Shown piece by piece: positions 26,985-36,870 of a stretch of 64,000 bases of DNA; position 1 is the first letter of the stretch; every line of letters starts with the position of its first letter. The position numbers and the translations under genes were made by a program. The notes under the pieces were generated by a model. The model made no database searches. It saw nothing but the letters and a program-made list of their open reading frames with translations, and was not told the origin of the DNA. This stretch comes from a virus (taxonomy: Duplodnaviria; Caudoviricetes): the IMG/VR virus record IMGVR_UViG_3300025133_000020, one strand, 5' to 3'.

Positions 26985-27755
26985 ATGCAAAAGAATTTCG
27001 GTGAATTAAAACACATAATCAAAGAATTTGTAGCTGATGGTATAGCTAAAAATAAAGATGTTAATAAGCAATTGTTAAATGATTTTATAACACTTCTTAA
27101 AGAGAATGAAATCTTAAAGAAAGAGTTTACGGTCTACAACAATATCGAAAGTAAGGTTTCTAAATCAGAAGCTTACATTTCAGAATACATCAAAGAGAAT
27201 ATCAAACTGGTTGAGGGTTACACCAAGAAGCAGATTAATGAGGCTAACGCATTGTTGGCTGAAATGGTGTCCACAATTAACGTAGAGTACCCAGATAGCC
27301 CGTTATCACAATTACATGAGTCTATTCACACTTTGATGGTTAACAAAACCTCATTGGGTAATATTGACGCTAGGGTTGATGCTAATACAATAGTTACAGA
27401 GCATATCAAAACCAACACCCCAAAGGAAGAAGTAAGTGAAACCATAGTACCTAATAGTTGGGTATCTAATATTTTAACCGAACGTTTCAACAAAAAATAC
27501 GCAGACCTTGATGAGGACACTAAGAAAGTGTTAAATAGTATTGTCACTTCAGACGCAGATACCCGTGAAGGTATTTTTGTTGGGTTGGTAAGAGAATGTG
27601 TTGATTTAGTTGACGCTAATCTTAAAGAGTCGGAAGCTGGTATTAAAGCTAAGTTACTATCTACAAAGGATAAGCTACTTAGACTTGAATACCATACTGA
27701 CACGTTTGTTAGTGAAGTTGGACAATTGCTAGACCTAAAAAGTACTTTAAACTAA
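26985..27755 (+). CDS. Helical hypothetical protein of the head operon
   Basis: MQKNFGELK start; position between portal and protease. Confidence 0.75.
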   Translation: MQKNFGELKHIIKEFVADGIAKNKDVNKQLLNDFITLLKENEILKKEFTVYNNIESKVSKSEAYISEYIKENIKLVEGYTKKQINEANALLAEMVSTINVEYPDSPLSQLHESIHTLMVNKTSLGNIDARVDANTIVTEHIKTNTPKEEVSETIVPNSWVSNILTERFNKKYADLDEDTKKVLNSIVTSDADTREGIFVGLVRECVDLVDANLKESEAGIKAKLLSTKDKLLRLEYHTDTFVSEVGQLLDLKSTLN

Positions 27756-27760
27756 TCAAC

Positions 27761-28162
27761 ATGAAAACACGTTTCAATTCAAACAACATATTAATCGAAC
27801 CAATTAAATTGACCAGTAAAGAATTAATCAATGAAACGAACTTCGATGACTGGGTGAGTTTACCTGATTATTTATGTGATGGTCTTACCTGTAAAAGGAT
27901 AAAGACACCAAAGACGTATGATGGGTTCCTATTACGATATTCTGCTGGTTCTAGGACTGTACCTCACATTAATACCGAGGAATACGAAATTCTTAACGTC
28001 AGAAGTGGGTCGATAACCAACTTGATAACCGATGAAACCTACGAAGAAGGTGATACAATGGTTATAAACAAGAACGAAGTACATGAGATATATTGCGAAT
28101 CTGAAGCTTACATATATTTCGTAACTACCAAGAAACAGAGCGAGTTAACTCTACTTACTTAA
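27761..28162 (+). CDS. Cupin-fold protein
   Basis: PHINTEEYEILNVRSGSI...GDTMVINKNEVHEI (cupin H...E...H pattern). Confidence 0.65.
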   Translation: MKTRFNSNNILIEPIKLTSKELINETNFDDWVSLPDYLCDGLTCKRIKTPKTYDGFLLRYSAGSRTVPHINTEEYEILNVRSGSITNLITDETYEEGDTMVINKNEVHEIYCESEAYIYFVTTKKQSELTLLT

Positions 28163-28203
28163 AGTAATTGACTAAGTGACTTTTTTTCCGTATATTAGTA
28201 TAC

Positions 28204-28629
28204 ATGAAGAAAAAAGGTAAGAAGATAGTGAATGACGATAGTACAGAATTTGCCATATCCTATGGCACAGTAGATTATACAGACAATAAATCAGTATACA
28301 TAGATATAACCTCATGGGTTGAGCCATTGGTTGTTGATAACCCCAAAGGTATGATAAGTCTAATGAAAAAGACCATACGTACATCCCTGTACGAGCACTT
28401 ACCTAATACAGAATTCAATAATAATCAATATATTGCTGATTTAGATTTAAGAGAATCTGGTATAGCGTTGGATAAACGTAGTTTTATGTCATGCAACGTA
28501 ACACTATATACAGACCACGAACTATCAGAATCCACAGGAGACATCACTTCAACGATAGATGTTATCTTAGAAGCTCTTAAAACTAACTTCAAAGAGTTGT
28601 TCCTGTTCAACAAGCGTAAGAAAGAATAA
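28204..28629 (+). CDS. Hypothetical protein
   Basis: YGTVDYTDNKSVYI, DLDLRESGI..KRSFM motifs. Confidence 0.7.
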   Translation: MKKKGKKIVNDDSTEFAISYGTVDYTDNKSVYIDITSWVEPLVVDNPKGMISLMKKTIRTSLYEHLPNTEFNNNQYIADLDLRESGIALDKRSFMSCNVTLYTDHELSESTGDITSTIDVILEALKTNFKELFLFNKRKKE

Positions 28630-28647
28630 CTTTACCCACATTCCACA

Positions 28648-28655
28648 TATTTATA
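28648..28655 (+). promoter_or_regulatory. Late promoter TATTTATA
   Basis: 12 nt upstream of the prohead protease. Confidence 0.65.
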
Positions 28656-28667
28656 GTAAAAGTAAGT

Positions 28668-29366
28668 ATGCTGGAATTAAGAACATTACGGGCTAGAGAG
28701 ACGGGAACTGGTTACCTCATCGAACACGATGCTGGGTACATATCTCCCAACGAAGAGAGAAATCAACCATTTATTAATGAGGTTAAAAAGTTAGGTAGCG
28801 GTAGCGCTATTATAACTGAGCCATTAATTGTTGTAGCAGTATTACAGAAGTACGGTATCGAGAACCGTAACGGTAGAGTATACCCTGAAGCTATATTAAG
28901 AGCGCAAGCAATCGAATACGAGAAGCTTGTAGCCGACAATCGTGCGTTAGGAGAACTTGACCACCCAGAATCATCAATTATCGCAGCCAAAGACGTTTCA
29001 CACAATATCACTAAGATATGGTGGGAAGGTTCTACGCTTATGGGCGAACTTGATATTGTCATGTCACCTGGATTTGTCAATTACGGTATCATATCATGTG
29101 AAGGTGATAAGGTAGCCAATTACTTAAGACGTGGAATTAAAATCGGTGTATCTTCCAGAGGCGTTGGTTCCGTTGAGGAAATTAACGGGATTCAAATGGT
29201 TCAAGAAGATTTCGAATTAATTTGTTGGGATGTTGTTACAAACCCATCAACTCCAGGTTCTTGGATATTCAAAAACGATAGAGAAGCGGGAGCCTTTAAA
29301 GAAGGTGTTAAAGAGAAGATGCCGTCCAACCTTAACTCAGGTTTGGATTCGTTTCTATTGGGTTAA
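28668..29366 (+). CDS. gp21: Prohead core protease (gp21-like)
   Basis: NRNGRVYP, ALGELDHP, GVSSRGVGS (catalytic His/Ser), WDVVTNPS. Confidence 0.95.
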   Translation: MLELRTLRARETGTGYLIEHDAGYISPNEERNQPFINEVKKLGSGSAIITEPLIVVAVLQKYGIENRNGRVYPEAILRAQAIEYEKLVADNRALGELDHPESSIIAAKDVSHNITKIWWEGSTLMGELDIVMSPGFVNYGIISCEGDKVANYLRRGIKIGVSSRGVGSVEEINGIQMVQEDFELICWDVVTNPSTPGSWIFKNDREAGAFKEGVKEKMPSNLNSGLDSFLLG

Positions 29367-29410
29367 TCCATAAATTATCAGTAAAAGTAGACTTTCGATA
29401 AACGCTAACA

Positions 29411-29473
29411 TATTTATTAACAGGTGAATATACGAAGCTTTTTGAACTTTTGGTTCCACTGGCTATATTTATT
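29411..29473 (+). promoter_or_regulatory. Tandem late promoters TATTTATT (29411..29418, 29466..29473)
   Basis: Two copies upstream of the scaffold-MCP pair. Confidence 0.65.
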
Positions 29474-29513
29474 AAGTAGAAAATAAAAAATTCTGAAAAA
29501 TCCAGACTATAAA

Positions 29514-31163
29514 ATGGAAGAAAAAAATAAGAACAAAGAAACTATGAGTGAAGCATTGAGTGATATTGATTTAATCAAAAATGCTTTAACGGAAAACTCT
29601 AAAGAAATACTTCGACACATTGCTGTGGAAGAAATTGACGGGGTGGTTAAGAAGTCTATTAATGAAGATTTCGAAGAAGAAGACATCGATGATGTTGAAT
29701 CAGTGCCAGTTGATGGCGAAGGCGACCTTGATGGTGGCGATGATTCAGTTGAAGTTGATGTTGACGCTGACCCAGAAGGTGGGGACGACATCGCAATAGA
29801 TGCGGAACCTGCGGGTATAGAAGGTGGAGACGAGTTACCAGTTGGTGGCGAGTTAGACATGGACAGCGAAGTGGATTTAACATCTGCATCAGATAACGAA
29901 GTTCTAGCTGTATACAAGGAATTGTCAATGAGCGATGAAATTGAAGTTGTCGGAGATGAAGTACACATGAACATTACAGAACCAGGAAAGTACATTATCA
30001 AACCTGAAGGTGGGGCGCCAGACGCAGGCATCGGAGAACCAGAACTAGACGCACCAGAAATGGATGCAATGGCAATGGGAATCGGAGAACCTGAAATCGG
30101 TGGTGAAGAACCAATCGCGGAACCAGAAATTGGTATCGAAGAACCAATTGGTATCGAAGAACCAATTGGTGGTGAAGAAGAGGTTGAAGAAGAGGGTGCT
30201 GAATGTGGTGATTGTAAAGATGACATTGTGTATGAAGTCGAATTAACGGAGAGCGAAGGTGCTCACTATGAACACGCGAAAGAATCTACGCCACCTAATT
30301 CAGGTGACATTGATTCCCAAACTTCTAAAGAATTGCCAGCAGACCTAACAGGGGATAACCTTGAAGGTGGATTTGGTGAAGCAGAAGCAAAGAACGGTTC
30401 AGGTGATGCTCACGCAGAACACGTTATGGGAGCAGAAGGAAAAACTGACCCAACAGCTAAAACAAATGCAACAGCATTACCAGCAGAAGAAAAAACTGAA
30501 GCAGGTAGTGGTAGTGGCTCAGATGGTGCTCATGGCGACCATGTAATGGCTGAAGGAGAAGACGAGGATTGTGACGAAGACGTAATTGACGAAGAAGTCG
30601 AAGTCGTTGAAGAAAAAATCCAAGTAGGTAAAGGACGTAACGTTACGAACAACAAGACTTCTATTGAAGGAGCTGGAGCCGTAGCAAACAACGTTAAAGC
30701 ACCTAATGTGACTGCACCTAATGATGGTGGAGTTAAAAAAGAATCCACAGAATACGATAAAATGGTATTAGAAGCAAACAAGCTGAAAGAACAAAACGAA
30801 GCCTTCGTTAAGAAGTTAGTTGAGTACAAGAAGATGTTAGCTGAGACCGTAGTATTCAACTCTAATTTAACACAAGTAGTTAAACTATTCCTTGAGAACT
30901 CTACTACAAAACAAGAAAAGAAAGAGATTATCAAGAGGTTTGACGATGAGGTTAAATCATTGAAGGAAAGCAAGCAACTGTATAATAAGGTTGCAACTGA
31001 ACTAGCTTCAAAGAAAACTTCACTAAGTGAGAGCATGAAAGGAATTGACAAGACACCAACAACTGGTTCTTCAAGCCTTAATGAGCAAACAACTTATGTT
31101 GACAGAGAGACCGCACGTATCAACGAATTGATGGGTCGTGTCGCAAATATCGGAAGAAAATAA
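29514..31163 (+). CDS. Prohead scaffolding/core protein (gp22-like)
   Basis: Very acidic, C-terminal coiled coil, VFNSNL...TTKQEKKEIIKRFD; directly upstream of MCP. Confidence 0.8.
   Translation: MEEKNKNKETMSEALSDIDLIKNALTENSKEILRHIAVEEIDGVVKKSINEDFEEEDIDDVESVPVDGEGDLDGGDDSVEVDVDADPEGGDDIAIDAEPAGIEGGDELPVGGELDMDSEVDLTSASDNEVLAVYKELSMSDEIEVVGDEVHMNITEPGKYIIKPEGGAPDAGIGEPELDAPEMDAMAMGIGEPEIGGEEPIAEPEIGIEEPIGIEEPIGGEEEVEEEGAECGDCKDDIVYEVELTESEGAHYEHAKESTPPNSGDIDSQTSKELPADLTGDNLEGGFGEAEAKNGSGDAHAEHVMGAEGKTDPTAKTNATALPAEEKTEAGSGSGSDGAHGDHVMAEGEDEDCDEDVIDEEVEVVEEKIQVGKGRNVTNNKTSIEGAGAVANNVKAPNVTAPNDGGVKKESTEYDKMVLEANKLKEQNEAFVKKLVEYKKMLAETVVFNSNLTQVVKLFLENSTTKQEKKEIIKRFDDEVKSLKESKQLYNKVATELASKKTSLSESMKGIDKTPTTGSSSLNEQTTYVDRETARINELMGRVANIGRK
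30129..30170 (+). repeat. 18-nt coding tandem repeat (IGIEEP)
   Basis: attggtatcgaagaacca x2 plus attggt. Confidence 0.85.
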
Positions 31164-31193
31164 TTAAATAACTAGACAACTAAACTTAAAAAT

Positions 31194-33014
31194 ATGTCAC
31201 ATTTATTAAACACAGGTACAGTCGGAAATATCGGACTAAACCACATGAAAGATGTCCGTAAGAAAGTACAAGAAAAATGGGATTCTACTGGTTTCCTTGC
31301 TGGATTGGAAGGACACATCAAAGAGAACATGGCTCAATTGTATGAGAACCAAGCAGGTAGCTTGTTGACGGAATCAACGTCAGCGCAATCTTCAGGTTCT
31401 TTCGAGACCGTAGTATTCCCTATCGTAAGAAGGGTATTCTCAAAATTACTAGCTAACGACATCGTTAGTGTACAGGCGATGAACCTACCAATTGGTAAGT
31501 TATTCTTCTTCATTCCACAGACTTCTAGTCGTGTTGATGAAAGCGGATTCCCTGGAAACCCTTACTCAGCTACATCAGCATCTGATGTATACAGTCCACA
31601 TTATTCTGCCCATACTAGTATGGCGGCTGATGGACTACCTAACTGTGTTGGTTCGAACTGTGCTGTAACAGCACAAATGGCGAAAAACCTATACGATATC
31701 TTCTACAACGATGGTCTTTTTGATAACTCAAAAGGTGCATTGACTATTGTAGTTGGTACAGGTACAACTCAAGTTATGAGTTCTGATGGTGTTTTCTCAG
31801 CAGCAGGTTCTGGATTCCCAGTAGCTACTGACGGAACTATCCGTGAGCTACTATTGGCAGTTAACGGGTTCGATTCAAACGAAAAAGGTCGTTTGACAGG
31901 TCCTGATGGTAACCAAATGGATACTGAATCATTCCTTGCGTCATTGCACGTAATAAATGATACTGGTGCTCCAATTCTAGACCCAGACTTGAACGAAATT
32001 GTCGCTGACCAAAAGGAAATTCCGTTTAGAGTGGTAACACAAAGATACGGTAAAGGTCTTGTTGACTATGATGACATCTGTGATACTGCTGGTGTAGTGT
32101 ATTTAGGTCTTGACCTATCTCACCCAGTAGCGGGTAACGGAACATCAACATTTGATGGTTACGTTGGAGCATCTGGTTCAACAAGTGGTGTAACTGGTGG
32201 TTTCACTGCTGATACATCTTCATTCCTAGTATCATGGGCACAATACGCAAGTCTTGAGTTCGAAACTGAAATGGGAGAAGTAACCTTCACACTTGATGAG
32301 GTTGTAGTTTCTGTTGAAGAAAGAAAACTAAGAGCTACTTGGTCTCCTGAACTGGCACAAGATGTTAGTGCATTCCACAACATCGATGCTGAAGCGGAAT
32401 TGACTGCGTTACTTTCTGAGCAAATTGCTTCTGAAATTGACCGTGAAATTCTAAGAGACCTTAGAAAAGTAGGTGCATGGCAATCACGTTGGGATTACAT
32501 GGGATGGAGAAAAGCAAGTCAAGCATCTAATGCTTACACACAAAAAGACTGGAACCAAACGTTAATTACTAAGGTTAACCAAATCTCTGCTCAAATCCAC
32601 AAGTCAACTCTAAGAGGTGGAGCAAACTTCATCGTAGTATCTTCCGAGATATCTGCAATCTTTGATGACTTGGAGTACTTCCACGTATCTGACGCAAGTC
32701 CAGAGCAAGACCAATATAACATGGGTATCGAGAGAATCGGTAGCTTAGGAGGAAGGTACCAAGTGTACAGAGACCCTTACGCACCGTCTTGGTCAATGAT
32801 TATCGGTCACAAAGGTAAGTCTTTGTTAGACACAGGTTACATCTACGCACCATACGTGCCGATGCAATTGACGCCTACAATGTACAACCCGTTCAACTTC
32901 GCGCCAGTGAAGGGTATCATGACACGTTACGCTAAGAAGTCTGTTAATAACAGGTTCTACGGACACGTTCGTGTAGACGGAGTGGTAACATTCAACACTA
33001 ACGAATTGAGATAA
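31194..33014 (+). CDS. gp23: Major capsid protein (gp23-like)
   Basis: IVSVQAMNLPIGKLF, RKLRATWSPELAQD, AEAELTALLSEQIASEIDREI, GYIYAPYVP, GIMTRY; probable LTE/S cleavage near residue 60. Confidence 0.96.
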   Translation: MSHLLNTGTVGNIGLNHMKDVRKKVQEKWDSTGFLAGLEGHIKENMAQLYENQAGSLLTESTSAQSSGSFETVVFPIVRRVFSKLLANDIVSVQAMNLPIGKLFFFIPQTSSRVDESGFPGNPYSATSASDVYSPHYSAHTSMAADGLPNCVGSNCAVTAQMAKNLYDIFYNDGLFDNSKGALTIVVGTGTTQVMSSDGVFSAAGSGFPVATDGTIRELLLAVNGFDSNEKGRLTGPDGNQMDTESFLASLHVINDTGAPILDPDLNEIVADQKEIPFRVVTQRYGKGLVDYDDICDTAGVVYLGLDLSHPVAGNGTSTFDGYVGASGSTSGVTGGFTADTSSFLVSWAQYASLEFETEMGEVTFTLDEVVVSVEERKLRATWSPELAQDVSAFHNIDAEAELTALLSEQIASEIDREILRDLRKVGAWQSRWDYMGWRKASQASNAYTQKDWNQTLITKVNQISAQIHKSTLRGGANFIVVSSEISAIFDDLEYFHVSDASPEQDQYNMGIERIGSLGGRYQVYRDPYAPSWSMIIGHKGKSLLDTGYIYAPYVPMQLTPTMYNPFNFAPVKGIMTRYAKKSVNNRFYGHVRVDGVVTFNTNELR

Positions 33015-33028
33015 TCATTCGTTTATAT

Positions 33029-33063
33029 AAAAAAAAAGCCTTCTTTATGAAGGCTTTTTTTTT
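33029..33063. terminator. Bidirectional intrinsic terminator after MCP
   Basis: A9-gccttc-tttat-gaaggc-T9 between convergent genes. Confidence 0.9.
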
Positions 33064-33077
33064 GTCTTATACTTTTT

Positions 33078-33467
33078 CTATTGTCTGTCTAGATAAGCTT
33101 TAGCCATTTGTTTGGCTTCTGCTTCGTGTTTGGAATCGTTTCGTATAAACGCACCATACTCCATGGCAGATATAAAGGATTCTTCTAGGTCACTAAGTGG
33201 TACTTCTTCACCGATGAATTTCTCTATGTTGGCAGCTACATATTCCTCAACATCATCTTCGTATCCAGAACCTTCCCACCTTTCACAAAAGTATGCTTCT
33301 ACTTTACCATCATAATGTATGGTTACATTATTATCTCGATGAAGCCCACCTTCATCCAAATCGATGTCAAAAAACACATCTAAAAAGGTATCCTCTTCTC
33401 TAAATGTAATATTTTCAGCTATCTGATGCATTACATCGTAAATTAACGTCTTAAATTCTTCTTTCAT
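33078..33467 (-). CDS. Acidic hypothetical protein
   Basis: ORF track. Confidence 0.6.
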   Translation of the reverse strand: MKEEFKTLIYDVMHQIAENITFREEDTFLDVFFDIDLDEGGLHRDNNVTIHYDGKVEAYFCERWEGSGYEDDVEEYVAANIEKFIGEEVPLSDLEESFISAMEYGAFIRNDSKHEAEAKQMAKAYLDRQ

Positions 33468-33472
33468 TTTTC

Positions 33473-33919
33473 CTATAGTTTAAATCCGCATTCACACTTA
33501 TGGTGTTGGTTTTTCTTTTGGGGACAATCTTCAAAATGGGAACCTTTTAAGTCCGTCCATTCTGGTAGGTCTAATTCCTCAGCATTATCACCAATAATGT
33601 AACCTATCACCCACCAACCTCTACAACCACCGAATTTTTCATCGTAATTGGTTACAGTCATTAGGCTATGGACTAACGGGTCATCTGGTCGCCATTCGTT
33701 TGGTTCACTAGTTGAAATAGCCAAAGAATAAGTCTGGTCAAGGTTAAAGGCGTTAGCCACCCAATCAATACTCTCTAAGTCTTGTCTATTCTCTACTTCA
33801 TGTTCGGTTTCTTCGAATCCTGAAAAGTAGTTAGGGAATCGCCTTCTTATTGTGAATTTGCTCATGGTTCTTCTATCGTTAAAATTTCCAGTATTCTGAT
33901 TCGTTTGGCTAGATACCAT
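33473..33919 (-). CDS. Hypothetical protein (likely start MSKFTIRRR near 33865)
   Basis: ORF track; C-terminal Cys/His cluster. Confidence 0.55.
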   Translation of the reverse strand: MVSSQTNQNTGNFNDRRTMSKFTIRRRFPNYFSGFEETEHEVENRQDLESIDWVANAFNLDQTYSLAISTSEPNEWRPDDPLVHSLMTVTNYDEKFGGCRGWWVIGYIIGDNAEELDLPEWTDLKGSHFEDCPQKKNQHHKCECGFKL

Positions 33920-34176
33920 AGACCACCTTGATTATTTGGTCGTTGGAATTCCTCATAACCATCCATCTCTATTTTAACCCACACTCTACCTCTTTCGGAT
34001 AAATGGGGTGCCTCTGTCTTTGACGTGCAATGCCAGAATGGTCTTACCTTAAAACCCTTAGTCGGGTGAGATTCGGCTTCCATCCATTCGTTGAGTGGTA
34101 ACCTTAATTTCTTGTTGATGAATAATGGTGTTATATTACCATCCTTCAGTAGTCTTACGAGTTTGTATGCTATCAT
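33862..34176 (-). CDS. Hypothetical phage protein
   Basis: AYKL, PFWHC...APHLS, QGGLWYLA motifs. Confidence 0.65.
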   Translation of the reverse strand: MIAYKLVRLLKDGNITPLFINKKLRLPLNEWMEAESHPTKGFKVRPFWHCTSKTEAPHLSERGRVWVKIEMDGYEEFQRPNNQGGLWYLAKRIRILEILTIEEP

Positions 34177-34186
34177 TCTTGGTCTT

Positions 34187-34435
34187 TTAATATGCTACTT
34201 CTATATCTCTAAATCTAAGTTGTTTGTCTGGAAAATCATCTAATTCGAACCATCTGGAACCAATTGAGGTATCCCAATATTGCCAACCACTTTTACCACG
34301 ATATTGTTTATGGTATACATCTTTATTGATGGTTATACGTTTGCGCATCTTATAAACACGCTTGGTATTTATTTCAACTATCTCATAACCATTGGGTGTG
34401 ATATCACCTACTTCCGCTTCTTCTAAACTAGTCAT
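34187..34435 (-). CDS. Hypothetical protein
   Basis: ORF track, coupled. Confidence 0.55.
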   Translation of the reverse strand: MTSLEEAEVGDITPNGYEIVEINTKRVYKMRKRITINKDVYHKQYRGKSGWQYWDTSIGSRWFELDDFPDKQLRFRDIEVAY

Positions 34436-34875
34436 TATAATAATATATGTCCGATGAAAGCGCCTACATTGATTAGTACGCCTAAAATAAATTGAATTGT
34501 TCTTGATACTGGAGTCATGAATTTTGTCGTCTTGGCGACACTTGACGTGCTTTGAGCCATCCAGCGTTTTGGGTATAGTGTATTATCTAACTCGTTTCTG
34601 GTAAGATACATGGCACCATTATGCATGAAACTGAAACATAATGCCAGTCCTATTAGACTTGCAACGCACCAGTACCAAGCCATTCCAGTGAAAAAGAGTA
34701 AACTACAGCCCATTATAATGACTATTGCTCTCTGAATCGTGAAAATAACGTGCTCTTCTACCTTTGGTTTCCAGTCATAATATCGGGAACCAATTTTAAT
34801 ATGCCAATAAATACCTTCTCTCCAACCTTCAAAGGCTGCGTAAGCTATAAATAATGCTAATATGATTAGATTCAT
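34435..34875 (-). CDS. Multi-pass membrane protein
   Basis: Several hydrophobic segments; FSFMHNGAMY..RN motif. Confidence 0.65.
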   Translation of the reverse strand: MNLIILALFIAYAAFEGWREGIYWHIKIGSRYYDWKPKVEEHVIFTIQRAIVIIMGCSLLFFTGMAWYWCVASLIGLALCFSFMHNGAMYLTRNELDNTLYPKRWMAQSTSSVAKTTKFMTPVSRTIQFILGVLINVGAFIGHILL

Positions 34876-35211
34876 TTAATGAATTTTCAATTGCCATTTA
34901 CGTATCCACTTAACTATCTTGTTAAGGGTTTTGTTTTTAGGGTCTTCACCAACCAACATAATTAGCGGGTTGATGATTAGACCATTTGTTATGTACCACA
35001 AACCAGCAATTATTGGGTAGGCTGCGAGTGCTATGCTCGTATAGAATAACGCTGCGTTTGCTTCATAACTAATACTTGGTGCTTGCGAAATCCAAAATAC
35101 AATTGCCGCAATAACCGATAATACCATAATTCGACCTACTCTCGTGAACATCCACTTGATTGGTCTTGGCGTCTTATCTAAGAACGCTTTAAATTTTTCC
35201 CATTTAGTCAT
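34876..35211 (-). CDS. Membrane protein
   Basis: Two TM segments; late-type motif TATTTACT upstream near 35226. Confidence 0.65.
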   Translation of the reverse strand: MTKWEKFKAFLDKTPRPIKWMFTRVGRIMVLSVIAAIVFWISQAPSISYEANAALFYTSIALAAYPIIAGLWYITNGLIINPLIMLVGEDPKNKTLNKIVKWIRKWQLKIH

Positions 35212-35247
35212 ATCTACTGTTTATAAGTAAATATGAAGCTAAAGATG

Positions 35248-35451
35248 TTAATTACCTAACTCTTTATCTATCTCCTTCCGTAAATCCTTATCACTGATAA
35301 CCCCATACTTATTAGTTATCAACTTCCTAACAGCTTTACCCAATTCCGCATCATTAGGGTGCCTAGCCGTAAGCGACCTAACAAGATGGGTTGTCATGAA
35401 TAAGTCCTGAACATCAAATGGGTCTGGATTGGCTTTAACGTCTTGTGGCAT
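35248..35451 (-). CDS. Small hypothetical protein
   Basis: HPNDAELGKAVR motif. Confidence 0.55.
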   Translation of the reverse strand: MPQDVKANPDPFDVQDLFMTTHLVRSLTARHPNDAELGKAVRKLITNKYGVISDKDLRKEIDKELGN

Positions 35452-35617
35452 CTAATTTCTCTTTTAGTAATTCCTTCGCTTTCACTCTGGTCTTAGCCCT
35501 TACATAATCACCTTTCTCACCATTAAAATATGATGCCACCGAATTAACGGTCATAGCACCCCAATTTTTAGCATAAGTGTTATGATGATAAAGGAACCCA
35601 TAATCTTCTGTAGCCAT
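35435..35617 (-). CDS. Small hypothetical protein
   Basis: Preceded by -7 element TATCTTTG at 35637..35644. Confidence 0.55.
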   Translation of the reverse strand: MATEDYGFLYHHNTYAKNWGAMTVNSVASYFNGEKGDYVRAKTRVKAKELLKEKLDATRR

Positions 35618-35645
35618 TTTTTTTCACTTTAGGTCACAAAGATAC

Positions 35646-35677
35646 AAAAAAAAAGCCAGAAGTGCAACACTTCTGGC
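35646..35677 (-). terminator. Intrinsic terminator
   Basis: gccagaagtg-caa-cacttctggc perfect stem with U-tract on the minus strand. Confidence 0.9.
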
Positions 35678-35694
35678 GATTTTATTTAAACTAC

Positions 35695-36663
35695 TTACGT
35701 TTTAGACCCACAGTTAGGGCAGAATTTGTAGTTGGCTTTTGCTTTGCTTCCGCAATTGTAGCAGTACCTTCTCATATTCAAATCCTGACTAGTTATAGTC
35801 TTAGTAGATTCAGGTAATAGGTTGAACTCATAGGTTTTAAAAGGAGTCTCATTAAAGGTTAACGACACTTGCGTCATCCTTTGACTAGAATGAGAACCTT
35901 CCTCAACTCTACCAGTTTCAACCGTTTTCTTACTCCTAACTTTCAACCTTTTTAGTGGGTTGAAAGATGTGTTTGTGATTTTCGTATCCTTTCTCGCGTT
36001 AGGGTCGAAAAAATCCCTCTTCAATTCATCAGCACCCATACTTAGGGATGCGTCCATGTTCATATCACCTAATGAATCCATTGATGCTGATATGTTGGTT
36101 GCATTACTTACATCACCAGCTAAACCTCTAGGAGTATTATCTGAACCCATATACCCACTCGAACAAGTGGTACCATAAATGTTATATGGGTTAGGGGCTG
36201 TTGAAGGTGAATTCCAAGGGTGAATAGGTTCACACCAAGGTGTGCTTCTATAATCTTCGAATACGCTTCTAAAACCGTTACCGAAGTAAGATGGGGCTAC
36301 ATATTCCTTATGGAATGTAACCTTCAGGTCTCCATTACTCTCAATCGCCTTACGAACTTCAGACGAATTATTCACCTCATAGGTTTCAAATCGGAACTTC
36401 TTAGGAACATCGATATAACGGTCTAGGAATACTCTTTCTCCTGGTCTTAATATTAAACCACCTTGACCTATCTTCTTGCCGTTCAGCGAGATACGTGCGG
36501 ATATCTTTTCAGATGTTGGATTGAATAATTCAATTTGAAATTCAGTTCCGTTAGTTAAATAAAAGGTTGGTTTTCCGTCTTTAGAGTACGTCTTTAAACG
36601 GCTCTTGTTGATGGCTACATTTACGGTGGGTATAGCCCCCCCACATTGAGTTTTGTATGACAT
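35695..36663 (-). CDS. Hypothetical protein with C-terminal double zinc ribbon
   Basis: YCYNCGSKAKANYKFCPNCG; EFQIELFNPT, LILRPGERVFLDRY. Confidence 0.75.
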   Translation of the reverse strand: MSYKTQCGGAIPTVNVAINKSRLKTYSKDGKPTFYLTNGTEFQIELFNPTSEKISARISLNGKKIGQGGLILRPGERVFLDRYIDVPKKFRFETYEVNNSSEVRKAIESNGDLKVTFHKEYVAPSYFGNGFRSVFEDYRSTPWCEPIHPWNSPSTAPNPYNIYGTTCSSGYMGSDNTPRGLAGDVSNATNISASMDSLGDMNMDASLSMGADELKRDFFDPNARKDTKITNTSFNPLKRLKVRSKKTVETGRVEEGSHSSQRMTQVSLTFNETPFKTYEFNLLPESTKTITSQDLNMRRYCYNCGSKAKANYKFCPNCGSKT

Positions 36664-36775
36664 GTGTTTAAGTTTTAATACGTCTTGTTATATTAGCTCC
36701 CAATCAATTCGATTACCGTTTTAGATAACTCTGACGCCCAAATGACGTAAGACTGAGATATTGCTTAACTCTGTT

Positions 36776-36783
36776 TATAAATA
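36776..36783 (-). promoter_or_regulatory. Late promoter TATTTATA
   Basis: 112 nt upstream of ATG 36663. Confidence 0.55.
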
Positions 36784-36870
36784 TAGGGATAAACCCCGAA
36801 AAGGTCAATAGTTTATGGAAAAAAAATGTTTTTTGGTCATTATGTGATATTTATATCTATAGATATACCC

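Noticed and set aside
19416-30170. 18-27 nt tandem repeats as CRISPR, DGR or origin elements
   Set aside because: In-frame, spacer-less repeats encoding low-complexity acidic linkers.
26213-30546. Long antisense or alternate-frame ORFs over portal and scaffold (26213..26686, 29507..30226 and others)
   Set aside because: Ser/Pro-rich by-products of biased GGT/GAA codon repeats on the coding strand, with no promoter or domain support.
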